Source of the DNA: Burkholderiales bacterium
GTDB taxonomy: Bacteria; Pseudomonadota; Gammaproteobacteria; Burkholderiales; Burkholderiaceae_C
Assembly: GCA_016213325.1 (NCBI GenBank)
Contig: JACRAY010000010.1
Coordinates: 68,927-132,926 of the forward strand
Length of the DNA stretch: 64,000 nt
Direction of reading: 5' to 3'
Shown one piece after another: positions 36,928-44,836 of the stretch (position 1 is the stretch's first letter; each line of letters opens with the position of its first letter). The translations under genes and the position numbers were made by a program. The notes under the pieces were generated by a model. The model made no database searches. It saw nothing but the letters and a program-made list of their open reading frames with translations, and was not told the origin of the DNA.

Positions 36928-37728
36928 TCAAAGTTCGGCGCGGGCCAGGCTGGCGATGAGCCGCTCGATCACGGTGTCGATGCGCTTCCAGTACGAAGGC
37001 TGGCGCCCGGCCAGCGCCCCGGCGGCAAGGCCGAGGTCCAGCGAGCCCAGCGGTGGCGGCGGCGCGAACCAGCGGCCGATGGCGGTGGCGTAGTCGTAGA
37101 ACTTGAAGCGCTGCGTGGGGTGCATGCGCCCGGCGTCGACCCATTCGTTGGGGATGCCGAGCGCATCCGCGGCGACCAGCCCGTGCAGGCTGGACGACAG
37201 GATGACCTCGCACTCGGCGATGCGCCGGATCACCGACTCGTAGTCGTCCGACCCGGCGTTGATGTACGTCCAGCCCTGCTCGCCGAGCCTGCGCTCGGCC
37301 TCGGGCGGCATGCGCTGCAGGTGGTGCAGCACGACCCCGCCGCGGTACTTCCGGGTGGCGTTGGCCAAGCCGGGGTACATCCGCCGCACCAGCAGCGCGG
37401 GGTCGCCCATGGGGACGTTGTCGACCTCCAGGCTGGCCGCCGTGATGGGCCCGCGCAGCGCCAGGATGCGCATCCCTTCGCGCTGCGGCGCCGGCAGGTA
37501 GCGCGGTGTCATCAGACCGGAGCCCCACACCAGCACCGGCCGGTCGATGCCGTTGGCGCGCCGCCGCGCGGCCTCGTCGGCAGCAAGGCCCACGATGCTG
37601 CCGACGCCGAACAGGTCCGCCTCTTCCGGCGGGCCCCACGCGATCTTGCGGCCGCAGGCGAATTCGACCAGCGCGGGACAGATCGCGTCGCCGAAGTTCG
37701 GCCGCTTGTTGTACCAGTGCCCCTTCAT
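36928..37728 (-). CDS. polysaccharide pyruvyl transferase family protein (ExoV-like)
   Basis: 266 aa from the internal ATG MKGHWYNKRPNFGDAICPAL.... The ATG overlaps the manC stop (ATGA). The motifs NFGD, ...VWGSG..., ...ALRGPITA..., ...GDPALL... and ...SSSLHGLVAADALGIP... parallel ExoV/PF04230 as I remember it. Confidence 0.75.
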   Translation of the reverse strand: MKGHWYNKRPNFGDAICPALVEFACGRKIAWGPPEEADLFGVGSIVGLAADEAARRRANGIDRPVLVWGSGLMTPRYLPAPQREGMRILALRGPITAASLEVDNVPMGDPALLVRRMYPGLANATRKYRGGVVLHHLQRMPPEAERRLGEQGWTYINAGSDDYESVIRRIAECEVILSSSLHGLVAADALGIPNEWVDAGRMHPTQRFKFYDYATAIGRWFAPPPPLGSLDLGLAAGALAGRQPSYWKRIDTVIERLIASLARAEL

Positions 37729-39140
37729 GGCGAGCGCCCGTAGCGGTCTTCCAGCCGCACGATGTCGTCCTCGCCGAGGTAGCTGCCCGACTGCACCTCG
37801 ATGATCTCCAGCGGCGCGGCGCCCGGGTTGGCGAGCCGGTGCGCATGGCCGGCGGCAATGTAGGTCGACTGGTTCTCGGCGACGAGCTGCACGCGGCCCT
37901 CGCAGGTCACTTCCGCCGTGCCGCGCACCACCACCCAGTGCTCGGCCCGCTGCGTGTGGACCTGCAGGCTGAGGCTGGCGCCCGGCTTCACGCAGATGCG
38001 CTTGACCTTGAAGCGCTCGCCCTGGTCGATGACCTCGTACCAGCCCCAGGGGCGATGCGACCTGCGATGCGCCTGCTGCTCCGGCCGCTGCTGCCGTGCG
38101 AGCGACTCGACCAGGTCGCGCACGTCCTGGCTGCAATCGCGCCGCGCCACCAGCACGGCGTCGGCGGTCTCGACCACCACCAGGTCGTCGACGCCGACCA
38201 CGGCGACCAGCCGCGACGAAGCGTGGGCCAGCGTGTTGCGGCTGCCGGCGACGAGCACGTCACCGGCACCGGCGTTGCCCGCATCGTCCTTCGGCAGCGC
38301 CTGCCACACGGCGTCCCACGCGCCCAGGTCGCTCCAGCCGGCCTGCAACTTCACCATGCCGATGGGGAACGGCGAACCGGGGCAGCGCTCCAGCACCGCA
38401 TAGTCGAACGAGTCGCTGCGCACGGCCAGGAAGGCCTCGCGGCCCGGCCGGGTGAACACGCCGTCGGTGCTGCGCTGCCGCCATGCGGCCGCCGTGCCCT
38501 CGGCGATGTCGGCGCAGAAGTGCGCGGCGGCAGCCAGCCACACCGACGCGCGCACGGCGACGATGCCTGCGTTCCAGCAGCAGTTGCCTGCTTCGAGATA
38601 GCGGCGTGCCGCCGGCGCGTCGGGCTTCTCGACGAAACGCAGCACGTCGTCGCCGTCGTGGAAGATGTAGCCGTATCCCGTCTCGGGCCGGTCGGGCACG
38701 ACCCCCAAAACGACGATGGCGCCGCCGGTCGCGCGTCGCACTGCCGAGCGCACGGCATCGGCAAAGGCTCGCGGGTCCGCGACGACGTGGTCGGCCGGCG
38801 TCGCAACGAGGATCGCGTCATCGCCTGCGGCCAGCGCAGCCAGCGTCAACGCCGCCGCCGTGCCGCGGCCCGCCGGCTCCAGCAGCACCTGCGCGGGCTC
38901 GATGCCCGCGTCATGCAGCTGGTCCACCACCAGGAAGCGATAGGCCTCGGCGGTCACCACGATGGGCGCGGTGACCGGCATGCCGTCCCCGGCGCAACGC
39001 GCCAGGCGCGCCGCAGCCGCCTGCAGCAGGGTGTCGCCGCCCACGACGGCATGGAACTGCTTGGGAAACTCGCCGCGCGACAGCGGCCACAGGCGTTGGC
39101 CCGAGCCTCCGCACAGGAGGACGGGGGTGATGGGCGTCAT
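37725..39140 (-). CDS. manC: mannose-1-phosphate guanylyltransferase / mannose-6-phosphate isomerase (type II PMI-GMP)
   Basis: 471 aa from the ATG MTPITPVLLCGGSGQRLWPLSR..FPKQF. The C-terminal cupin reads ...RPWGWYEVID.GERFKVKRI.VKPGASLSLQ.H..RAEHWVVV.GTA.... The track ORF starts at an upstream TTG. Confidence 0.9.
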   Translation of the reverse strand: MTPITPVLLCGGSGQRLWPLSRGEFPKQFHAVVGGDTLLQAAAARLARCAGDGMPVTAPIVVTAEAYRFLVVDQLHDAGIEPAQVLLEPAGRGTAAALTLAALAAGDDAILVATPADHVVADPRAFADAVRSAVRRATGGAIVVLGVVPDRPETGYGYIFHDGDDVLRFVEKPDAPAARRYLEAGNCCWNAGIVAVRASVWLAAAAHFCADIAEGTAAAWRQRSTDGVFTRPGREAFLAVRSDSFDYAVLERCPGSPFPIGMVKLQAGWSDLGAWDAVWQALPKDDAGNAGAGDVLVAGSRNTLAHASSRLVAVVGVDDLVVVETADAVLVARRDCSQDVRDLVESLARQQRPEQQAHRRSHRPWGWYEVIDQGERFKVKRICVKPGASLSLQVHTQRAEHWVVVRGTAEVTCEGRVQLVAENQSTYIAAGHAHRLANPGAAPLEIIEVQSGSYLGEDDIVRLEDRYGRSP

Positions 39141-39207
39141 GAGGGACGGGTCGTCAGCGGCGGTCAACTGCTGCCATCATGGCGCGAGGCGCGGCGGCTG
39201 GCAACGC

Positions 39208-41445
39208 TCAGGCCGGCAGGTACTCCAGCCCGTTCTGCTGCAGGCCCACGAAGCCGATGTGGTCCAGGTTGAGCGGGTGCCCGGCCGCCAGCCAGCCCAG
39301 CGACACCTGCGTGAAGGAACCCGACTCGATCAGCGACACGAAACTGTCGCGCACTGCGTCGGAGGGGGCGGAGCCCACCACGTTGGTGTACAGCAGGGTG
39401 ACGACCGACTGGTTGCTGCGGCCGGCGCCCAGCGCGACGTCCAGCGCCAGCCCGAACAGGGCGTCGCGGCTCATGCCGTCGTCGATGTAGGAAAGGCCGA
39501 TGCCTGCATACGTCGCATTGGAAACCGACGCCGCGCCGAACACCGCACCGAGGATCTTCGCCACGTCACCTGCGTTGCCCTGCAGGTCGTAGGCGATCGC
39601 GTGCGCGCTGTTGGGCTGCTGCATCTCGTACACCGAGAAGGTGTTGGTGGAGCTGGTGCCCTGCGCGTCGTTCCAGGTGCTGTAGAACGTGACGAGCTCG
39701 ATGTTGCCATCGCCGTCGTAGTCGCCCCATGTCACCGGGCTGCCGGCCTGCCCCGGCAGGTCGACGCGGTCGAAGTGGCCGGTGCCGTCGTTCATGTAGA
39801 TGAAGGGCGTGCGGTCCGAACCGCTGACCGTGTGGCCGGCGATGTCGAGGGCGCCGTCGCCGTTGGCGTCGAGCACCTGCCAGAAGTCGGTCCAGTGCAG
39901 GCGCTCGGTGAAGGTGTCGTCCAGTGCCGCGGGGTCGCCGAAGCGCGCCACCGTGGCGTCGGTGAAGCCGCCCGAGCCGTCGTTGCGCAGGAACTGCAGG
40001 TAGTTGCCGCCGTAGTACGGCTCGTAGCGGCTTTGCAGGACGACGAGGTCGAGGTCGCCGTCGCCGTCGAAGTCCTCCGAGAAGGTCTTCATGTGCAGGT
40101 TGTTGCTGGCGCCGTACAGCGACACCGGCAGCGTCGCCGAATCGGCGACGGAGAAAGTGCCGTGCCCATCGTTGAAGAACACGCGGCTGAGCGAGGTGTT
40201 GTGGCCCCAGCCGACCACCAGGTCGTCGAAGCCGTCGCCGTCGAGGTCGGCCATGTGCAGGTCGATCAGCACGCCGCTGGTGGCATCGGGCAGCGTGGGC
40301 TCTTTCCAGCCCGCCAGGGACTGCAGGAAATTGCTGGTCTGGTAGGTGAAGGTGCCGGCCAGTGTCTGCTGCAGGTAGAACACACCGCCGAACTCGCCCA
40401 CTACGATGTCGTCCATGCCGTCTCCGTTGACGTCGCCCACCGCCATCGAGTGCGCGTCGACCGCGGTGTCGCGCCCGGTCAGCTGGGCCTTGGGCAGGGT
40501 GTTGTCCGGCACCAGGTCGCTGGCGACGTCTTCGAACGGATCGGCCAGCGTGATGGTGATGTCGCCGAAGCGCCAGGGAATGTCGTAGCGCGTCTCGGTC
40601 TCGATCGCGGTGTCGTGCGCCACCGTAACCAGCGCTGAGCTGCCGTAGCGCTCGAGCCAGATGGTCTCGGTGCGGCGCGAGCCCGCGATGAACGCCGTGG
40701 ACTCGGTCAGGACCTCGCTGTACGTGATGGTGCCGCCCACGTTCTCCAGCACCTGGAAGTGGTAGCGCGTGTCGACCCCGGTGCGGTAGCCGCGGTTGAG
40801 CGGAATCACGAGGTCCATGTCGCCGTCGGCATCGATGTCGAACGGGTTGACGGCCTGCGGGAAGTAGCTGACGAGCGTGGGCGGGTTGTAGACGCCGGCA
40901 TACCACCAGCCTTCGGACCACTCGGTCTCGACGAACGAGTGCACGTCGTACGCGAAGGCGAAGTAGGGGTCGTCGCCGCGGTCTGCCACGTTGAAGCTGC
41001 GGTCGGCAAACGCCAGCGTCTCCACGTTGCGCAACTCGATCGACTGGTTGGTGCCCGTCAGGTAGACGGTGGAGCCGAACTGGCGGATGGCGTAGTCCGA
41101 CGACTGGAGTTCGTGCATGCGCACGGTGTCGCTGCCACCCGCCAGGTCGATCAGCGCATGGCCGCCGAAACAGAACACCACTTCGTTGGCGCCGGTGCCG
41201 GTTACGGTGGCACCGTGCCCCGGCAGGTGGAGTTCGGTGATGCCGGACAGCTGGTCGGTGCCGCCGTAGCCGTCCTGCGCCCAGCCCTGCGCCAGGTTGA
41301 TGACCACCGTCCCCTGCGCACCCCACAGCGCATAGCCGCTGGCACCCGCGCCGGTGATGTTGTCGTTGCCGGGGCCCGAGACGTAAGTGTCACCGGCACC
41401 GAGCGTGATGGTGTCGTTGCCGTTGCTGCCGTTGATGATCGCCAT
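39208..41445 (-). CDS. large leaderless FG-GAP/VCBS (integrin-alpha-like beta-propeller) repeat protein with N-terminal RTX-like repeats and a C-terminal ~127 aa module
   Basis: 745 aa. The N-terminus is MAIINGSNGNDTITLGAGDTYVSGPGNDNITG, with no signal peptide. Six to seven Ca-binding FG-GAP cores are present (DIDADGDMDLV, GDVNGDGMDDIVVG, ADLDGDGFDDLVVG, EDFDGDGDLDLVV, LDANGDGALDI, GDYDGDGNIELV). Confidence 0.85.
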   Translation of the reverse strand: MAIINGSNGNDTITLGAGDTYVSGPGNDNITGAGASGYALWGAQGTVVINLAQGWAQDGYGGTDQLSGITELHLPGHGATVTGTGANEVVFCFGGHALIDLAGGSDTVRMHELQSSDYAIRQFGSTVYLTGTNQSIELRNVETLAFADRSFNVADRGDDPYFAFAYDVHSFVETEWSEGWWYAGVYNPPTLVSYFPQAVNPFDIDADGDMDLVIPLNRGYRTGVDTRYHFQVLENVGGTITYSEVLTESTAFIAGSRRTETIWLERYGSSALVTVAHDTAIETETRYDIPWRFGDITITLADPFEDVASDLVPDNTLPKAQLTGRDTAVDAHSMAVGDVNGDGMDDIVVGEFGGVFYLQQTLAGTFTYQTSNFLQSLAGWKEPTLPDATSGVLIDLHMADLDGDGFDDLVVGWGHNTSLSRVFFNDGHGTFSVADSATLPVSLYGASNNLHMKTFSEDFDGDGDLDLVVLQSRYEPYYGGNYLQFLRNDGSGGFTDATVARFGDPAALDDTFTERLHWTDFWQVLDANGDGALDIAGHTVSGSDRTPFIYMNDGTGHFDRVDLPGQAGSPVTWGDYDGDGNIELVTFYSTWNDAQGTSSTNTFSVYEMQQPNSAHAIAYDLQGNAGDVAKILGAVFGAASVSNATYAGIGLSYIDDGMSRDALFGLALDVALGAGRSNQSVVTLLYTNVVGSAPSDAVRDSFVSLIESGSFTQVSLGWLAAGHPLNLDHIGFVGLQQNGLEYLPA

Positions 41446-41569
41446 GCCTGGCGAATTTACCGCAAGCCGGTTTAGTGAATTCCTTCACGGCATCGCCCGG
41501 CTTCCGCGCACAGACCCGCACGCGGGTGCGGTGGCCCACTGTGGGTACTTTCCACCGGGAGCCGCCACC

Positions 41570-42163
41570 ATGAAACTCGCATCGAAATTCGCGCTTGCGC
41601 TCACCGCAGGCCTCCTCGCCACCACCTGCCTGGCGCAGGCCAGGCTGTCGGGCGTGCATTACCTCGCCAGCTCCGAAATCCGGCCCGGGGTCAAGGTGCA
41701 ACTGAACGGCGCGGGCATCCGCTACCGCGGCCCGTTCAAGGTGTACACCGCCGGCCTGTACCTGTCGCGCGCGGCCAGCACCGCCGAAGAAGTGCTGGCT
41801 GCCGCGGGCGCCAAGCGGCTGGCCGTGACCATGCTGCGCGAGATCGACGCTTCCGAGCTCGGCAAGCTGTTCATCCGCAGCGTCGAAGACAACCTGGACC
41901 GCAGCACGTTCTCACGCGTGGTGCCGGGGCTGATGCGCATGAGCCAGATCTTCTCCGACCAGCGCAAGCTCTCGGCCGGCGACAGCTTCACGATCGACTG
42001 GGTGCCCGGTGTGGGCACGGTCATCAGCGTGCGCGGCGTGCCGCAGGGCGAGCCGTTCAAGGAAGCGGAGTTCTACCAGGCGCTGATGCGCATCTGGCTG
42101 GGGCCGGCACCGGCCGACTGGCAGTTGAAGGAACAGTTGCTCGGCCGGGACCCGCGGGCCTGA
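41570..42163 (+). CDS. periplasmic chalcone-isomerase-like family protein
   Basis: 197 aa from the internal ATG with signal peptide MKLASKFALALTAGLLATTCLAQA. ...LNGAGIRYRGPFKVYTAGLYL... is the usual bacterial chalcone-isomerase-like pattern, as I recall it. Confidence 0.65.
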   Translation: MKLASKFALALTAGLLATTCLAQARLSGVHYLASSEIRPGVKVQLNGAGIRYRGPFKVYTAGLYLSRAASTAEEVLAAAGAKRLAVTMLREIDASELGKLFIRSVEDNLDRSTFSRVVPGLMRMSQIFSDQRKLSAGDSFTIDWVPGVGTVISVRGVPQGEPFKEAEFYQALMRIWLGPAPADWQLKEQLLGRDPRA

Positions 42164-42172
42164 AAGGCCGCG

Positions 42173-42403
42173 TCAGCAGGCTGCCGGCGCCAGCCCCGCG
42201 CGAACCCATTGCAGGCCTTCGGCGGTGGCGTAGCTGGCGGCGGTGGCGCGGTCCTGGAACAGGCGGGTCAGCCTGAGGACGCGCGCGGTCGTGGCGCTGC
42301 CGATGCCCGAGCTGATGGAAACGGAGCAGGCGAACCAGCCGTTTCCCATCGCTTTGGTCAGGGGGGAAATCAGGTACTTGCCTGATTGGGTGTTGTCGTG
42401 CAT
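42173..42403 (-). CDS. small hypothetical protein (76 aa), third gene of the csp operon
   Basis: High GC3 and an AAGAG motif 4 nt upstream of the ATG. It starts 6 nt after the stop of the preceding small ORF. I recognise no family with confidence. Confidence 0.5.
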   Translation of the reverse strand: MHDNTQSGKYLISPLTKAMGNGWFACSVSISSGIGSATTARVLRLTRLFQDRATAASYATAEGLQWVRAGLAPAAC

Positions 42404-42409
42404 GTGCTC

Positions 42410-42622
42410 TTAGTGGCCTTGTGCCGCTTCCATGGCGAGCGCCCAGCGCCCCCAGGCTTCGTCGGTGGTTTCGCGCGCCTTCATCCAGCGGCGGAACTCG
42501 GGTGTTTCGGTCACCTCGTTCTCGCTGCCGCGGGAGCGCAGCGCTGCCCGCGCCGAGCAGAAACGCTCGTAAGCGTCCTGCTCGTCGGCTTCGGCCTTCA
42601 GTGCGCCGGCTTCAGCTTCCAT
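42410..42622 (-). CDS. small hypothetical acidic helical protein (70 aa), second gene of the csp operon
   Basis: The ATG is 5 nt after the csp stop. Composition is coding-like (MEAEAGALKAEADEQDAYERF...EFRRWMKARETTDEAWGRWA...). No strong SD is present. Confidence 0.45.
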   Translation of the reverse strand: MEAEAGALKAEADEQDAYERFCSARAALRSRGSENEVTETPEFRRWMKARETTDEAWGRWALAMEAAQGH

Positions 42623-42627
42623 GGCGC

Positions 42628-42849
42628 TCAGGCAATGCGCCTGATGTTGGAGGCCTGGGGACCCTTGGCGCCTTGCGTCACCTGGAACTGCACGCGTGCG
42701 TTCTCGGGCAGGGTCTTGTAGCCCTCGGTGCTCTGGATCTCGCGGAAGTGGGCGAAGAGGTCCTTGCCGCCGTCATCGGGCGTGATGAAGCCGTAGCCCT
42801 TGCTCTCGTTGAACCACTTGACGATACCGGTCTGGTCTTGCTGTTGCAT
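42628..42849 (-). CDS. cspA: cold-shock protein (CspA family)
   Basis: 73 aa from the internal [38 protein letters not shown]... carries the RNP1 (KGYGFI) and RNP2 (LFAHF) motifs. About 158 nt of untranslated leader lies upstream, as is usual for csp genes. Confidence 0.95.
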   Translation of the reverse strand: MQQQDQTGIVKWFNESKGYGFITPDDGGKDLFAHFREIQSTEGYKTLPENARVQFQVTQGAKGPQASNIRRIA

Positions 42850-43007
42850 ATGAATGCTCCTGAAATTGAAAAATTGCCGCGCAGCAAAAGGCCGCGCGGT
42901 GCACAACGCCAGAGAGCATCAAAAGGAAAAATTCGACAGCGACTCGCCGGGACGGCGGGAGGGATAGAAAAAACCGTGGATGGACGTCTGTTGAACGTGC
43001 AGGGGCA

Positions 43008-43799
43008 TCATAACAGATGCTGGGGTTTCCTGCCCGCGTCGCCTTGCCGCGGCCCCATGGCCGCCGTGTTGGGTGGCGCCGTGCTGGCCGTCAGCGTCAT
43101 CAGCATGTCGGCATACCAGGCACAGTTGAGCCCGAGCGACTCGTCCTGGGCCATGTCGCGCGTCTTCACGTCCATGCGCGACGAATGCACGCCCAGCAGC
43201 ACCCAGGGCATGTCGGTGGCGTCACCTGGCCGCCGCATGATGACCGGCGAGCCGCTGGAGCCGCGGTGCATGCGCCCGTCGGTGAGGAAGTAGCCCTCGC
43301 CCTGGAAGCGCACGCCGAACCACGAAGCGACGATGGCGTGGCGCACCACCGGCAGGTGGTGCACCGTGTCGAAGAAGCCCAGCGGGAAGCCGAGGACCAG
43401 CAGCGGCTCGCCCGGCGGCACGCCTTCGTGCGGCACTTGCAGGTGCTGCGGGGTGAAGGAACGGATGATGACGCCGCCCAGCGCCGCACGGTCCAGCTCG
43501 ACCACGGCCACGTCGACTTCCCCCTGCGAGTCGGTGCCCTGCCGCCACACGGCATGGCCGTCGGCGTAGAGCGGCACCGACAGCACGGTGGAGCGCGTGA
43601 GGTTGGTTTCGTCCACGTGCAGCACCAGTTCGATGCGGTCCGGGAAGTGGCCGCTGGTGGCGTCGTGCAGCACGTGCCGGCTGGTGACGAGGTACAGCCG
43701 GCTGTCGCGTTCGAAGAAGAAACCGGTGGCACCGGTCAGCATCTGCCGGCCCCGGAAGGTGGACAGCCGCGTCGTGCTCAGGAAAACCGCATCCGGCAT
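43008..43799 (-). CDS. trypsin-like (S1/chymotrypsin-fold) serine protease, no signal peptide
   Basis: 263 aa from the ATG MPDAVFLSTTRL.... The putative triad contexts are LVTSRHVL (His), VDVAVVEL (Asp) and HRGSSGSPV (Ser). The start lies 10 nt after the stop of the upstream small membrane-protein gene. Confidence 0.8.
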   Translation of the reverse strand: MPDAVFLSTTRLSTFRGRQMLTGATGFFFERDSRLYLVTSRHVLHDATSGHFPDRIELVLHVDETNLTRSTVLSVPLYADGHAVWRQGTDSQGEVDVAVVELDRAALGGVIIRSFTPQHLQVPHEGVPPGEPLLVLGFPLGFFDTVHHLPVVRHAIVASWFGVRFQGEGYFLTDGRMHRGSSGSPVIMRRPGDATDMPWVLLGVHSSRMDVKTRDMAQDESLGLNCAWYADMLMTLTASTAPPNTAAMGPRQGDAGRKPQHLL

Positions 43800-43809
43800 G
43801 GCCCCCACG

Positions 43810-44160
43810 CTATCGATGCCGCTTCGGTTTGCCTGAGCGCAACGGGCCAACGACGCGCCGCATCATGCCCAGCATGAAGACGGCCAGCATCGAGAAGACC
43901 ACGGCCAGCGCGATGGCGAGCAGGGTGATGTCGGGCTGCCGGACGCCCGAGCGCAGCATGGCCGTGACGAACTCGCCGCCGGCGAACGAGCCGAAGGCGG
44001 CGACGGCCATGTTCTCCATGAAAACGATGCGATCTCCTTTGTGGGTGAGCTGGGTGGCGGCCCAGCCGATGGCCGCGCCGATGGCGGCCCAGACGGCGAC
44101 ATTGAGGGGTTCGATAGGGGACTCCAGCGCGCCGCGACGTGCGACCGCTGCTTGCATCAT
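43810..44160 (-). CDS. small membrane protein, GlsB/YeaQ/YmgE-like (transglycosylase-associated family)
   Basis: 116 aa if it starts at MMQAAV... It has three hydrophobic segments with Gly-rich spacing (VAVWAAIGAAIGWAA / MAVAAFGSFAGGEFV / LLAIALAVVFSMLAVFML). The start codon is uncertain. Confidence 0.5.
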   Translation of the reverse strand: MMQAAVARRGALESPIEPLNVAVWAAIGAAIGWAATQLTHKGDRIVFMENMAVAAFGSFAGGEFVTAMLRSGVRQPDITLLAIALAVVFSMLAVFMLGMMRRVVGPLRSGKPKRHR

Positions 44161-44328
44161 GCGCCGTGCCGGCAGCGCCCGGGGAATATCTTTTGATTGG
44201 CCCTGCTGCGAGCATTTCGCTGCGCGTTCCCGGCGTTTGGCGGCTCCATGGCTGGGTCTGGTCGCAAGGCGGCTGACTCGACGGTAAGGCCCTCGCACAC
44301 TCGCTTCCATCGATTGGAGAGCGAAAAA

Positions 44329-44820
44329 ATGATGGTGCAGATCTTGCGGGGAACGCCGGTGTGGGTGTGGGGGCTGCTGGCTGGGCTGGTGATGCTGGGG
44401 TTGAGCCAGGCCCGGGCGCGCACGGTGCCGGCGGCCGTCGCGACGATCATGCCCGTGGCGATGCTCGCCCTGTCGCTGTGGGGCGTGGGCAGCGCTTTCG
44501 GCTGGTCGGTGGTGAACCTGGCCACGTGGTTCGCCGGCGTGGCCACCACCGTGCTGCTGGCTTCGCAGCTGGCCGCCCGCTCGGCAGCCCGCTACGACGC
44601 GCCGACGCGGCGCTTTCACCTGCCCGGCAGCTGGGTGCCGATGGTCCTGATCCTCGCGATCTTCACGGCGCGCTATGCGGTGAACGTGCTGCTGGTGGTC
44701 CAGCCGGCGCTGCGCGAGCAAAGCCTGGTGGCTGCCGGGGTAGCTGCGGGTTACGGGCTGGTGAGCGGCGTGTTTGCGGCGAGGGGGCTGGCGCTCTGGC
44801 GGCTGGCCCGGGCGAACTGA
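44329..44820 (+). CDS. conserved hypothetical inner-membrane protein (about 4 TM)
   Basis: 163 aa from the internal ATG preceded by GGAGAG. MMVQILRGTPVWVWGLLAGLVMLGLSQARAR... resembles a Burkholderiales-wide DUF membrane family, from memory. Confidence 0.6.
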   Translation: MMVQILRGTPVWVWGLLAGLVMLGLSQARARTVPAAVATIMPVAMLALSLWGVGSAFGWSVVNLATWFAGVATTVLLASQLAARSAARYDAPTRRFHLPGSWVPMVLILAIFTARYAVNVLLVVQPALREQSLVAAGVAAGYGLVSGVFAARGLALWRLARAN

Positions 44821-44836
44821 CCCCGGGCGCGGCCGT

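Noticed and set aside
33846-41570. Looked for mobile-element hallmarks (transposase, integrase, terminal inverted repeats, flanking direct repeats, tRNA) around the accessory island
   Set aside because: I found none by eye. The island boundaries are ordinary intergenic regions, so no mobile_element feature is claimed.
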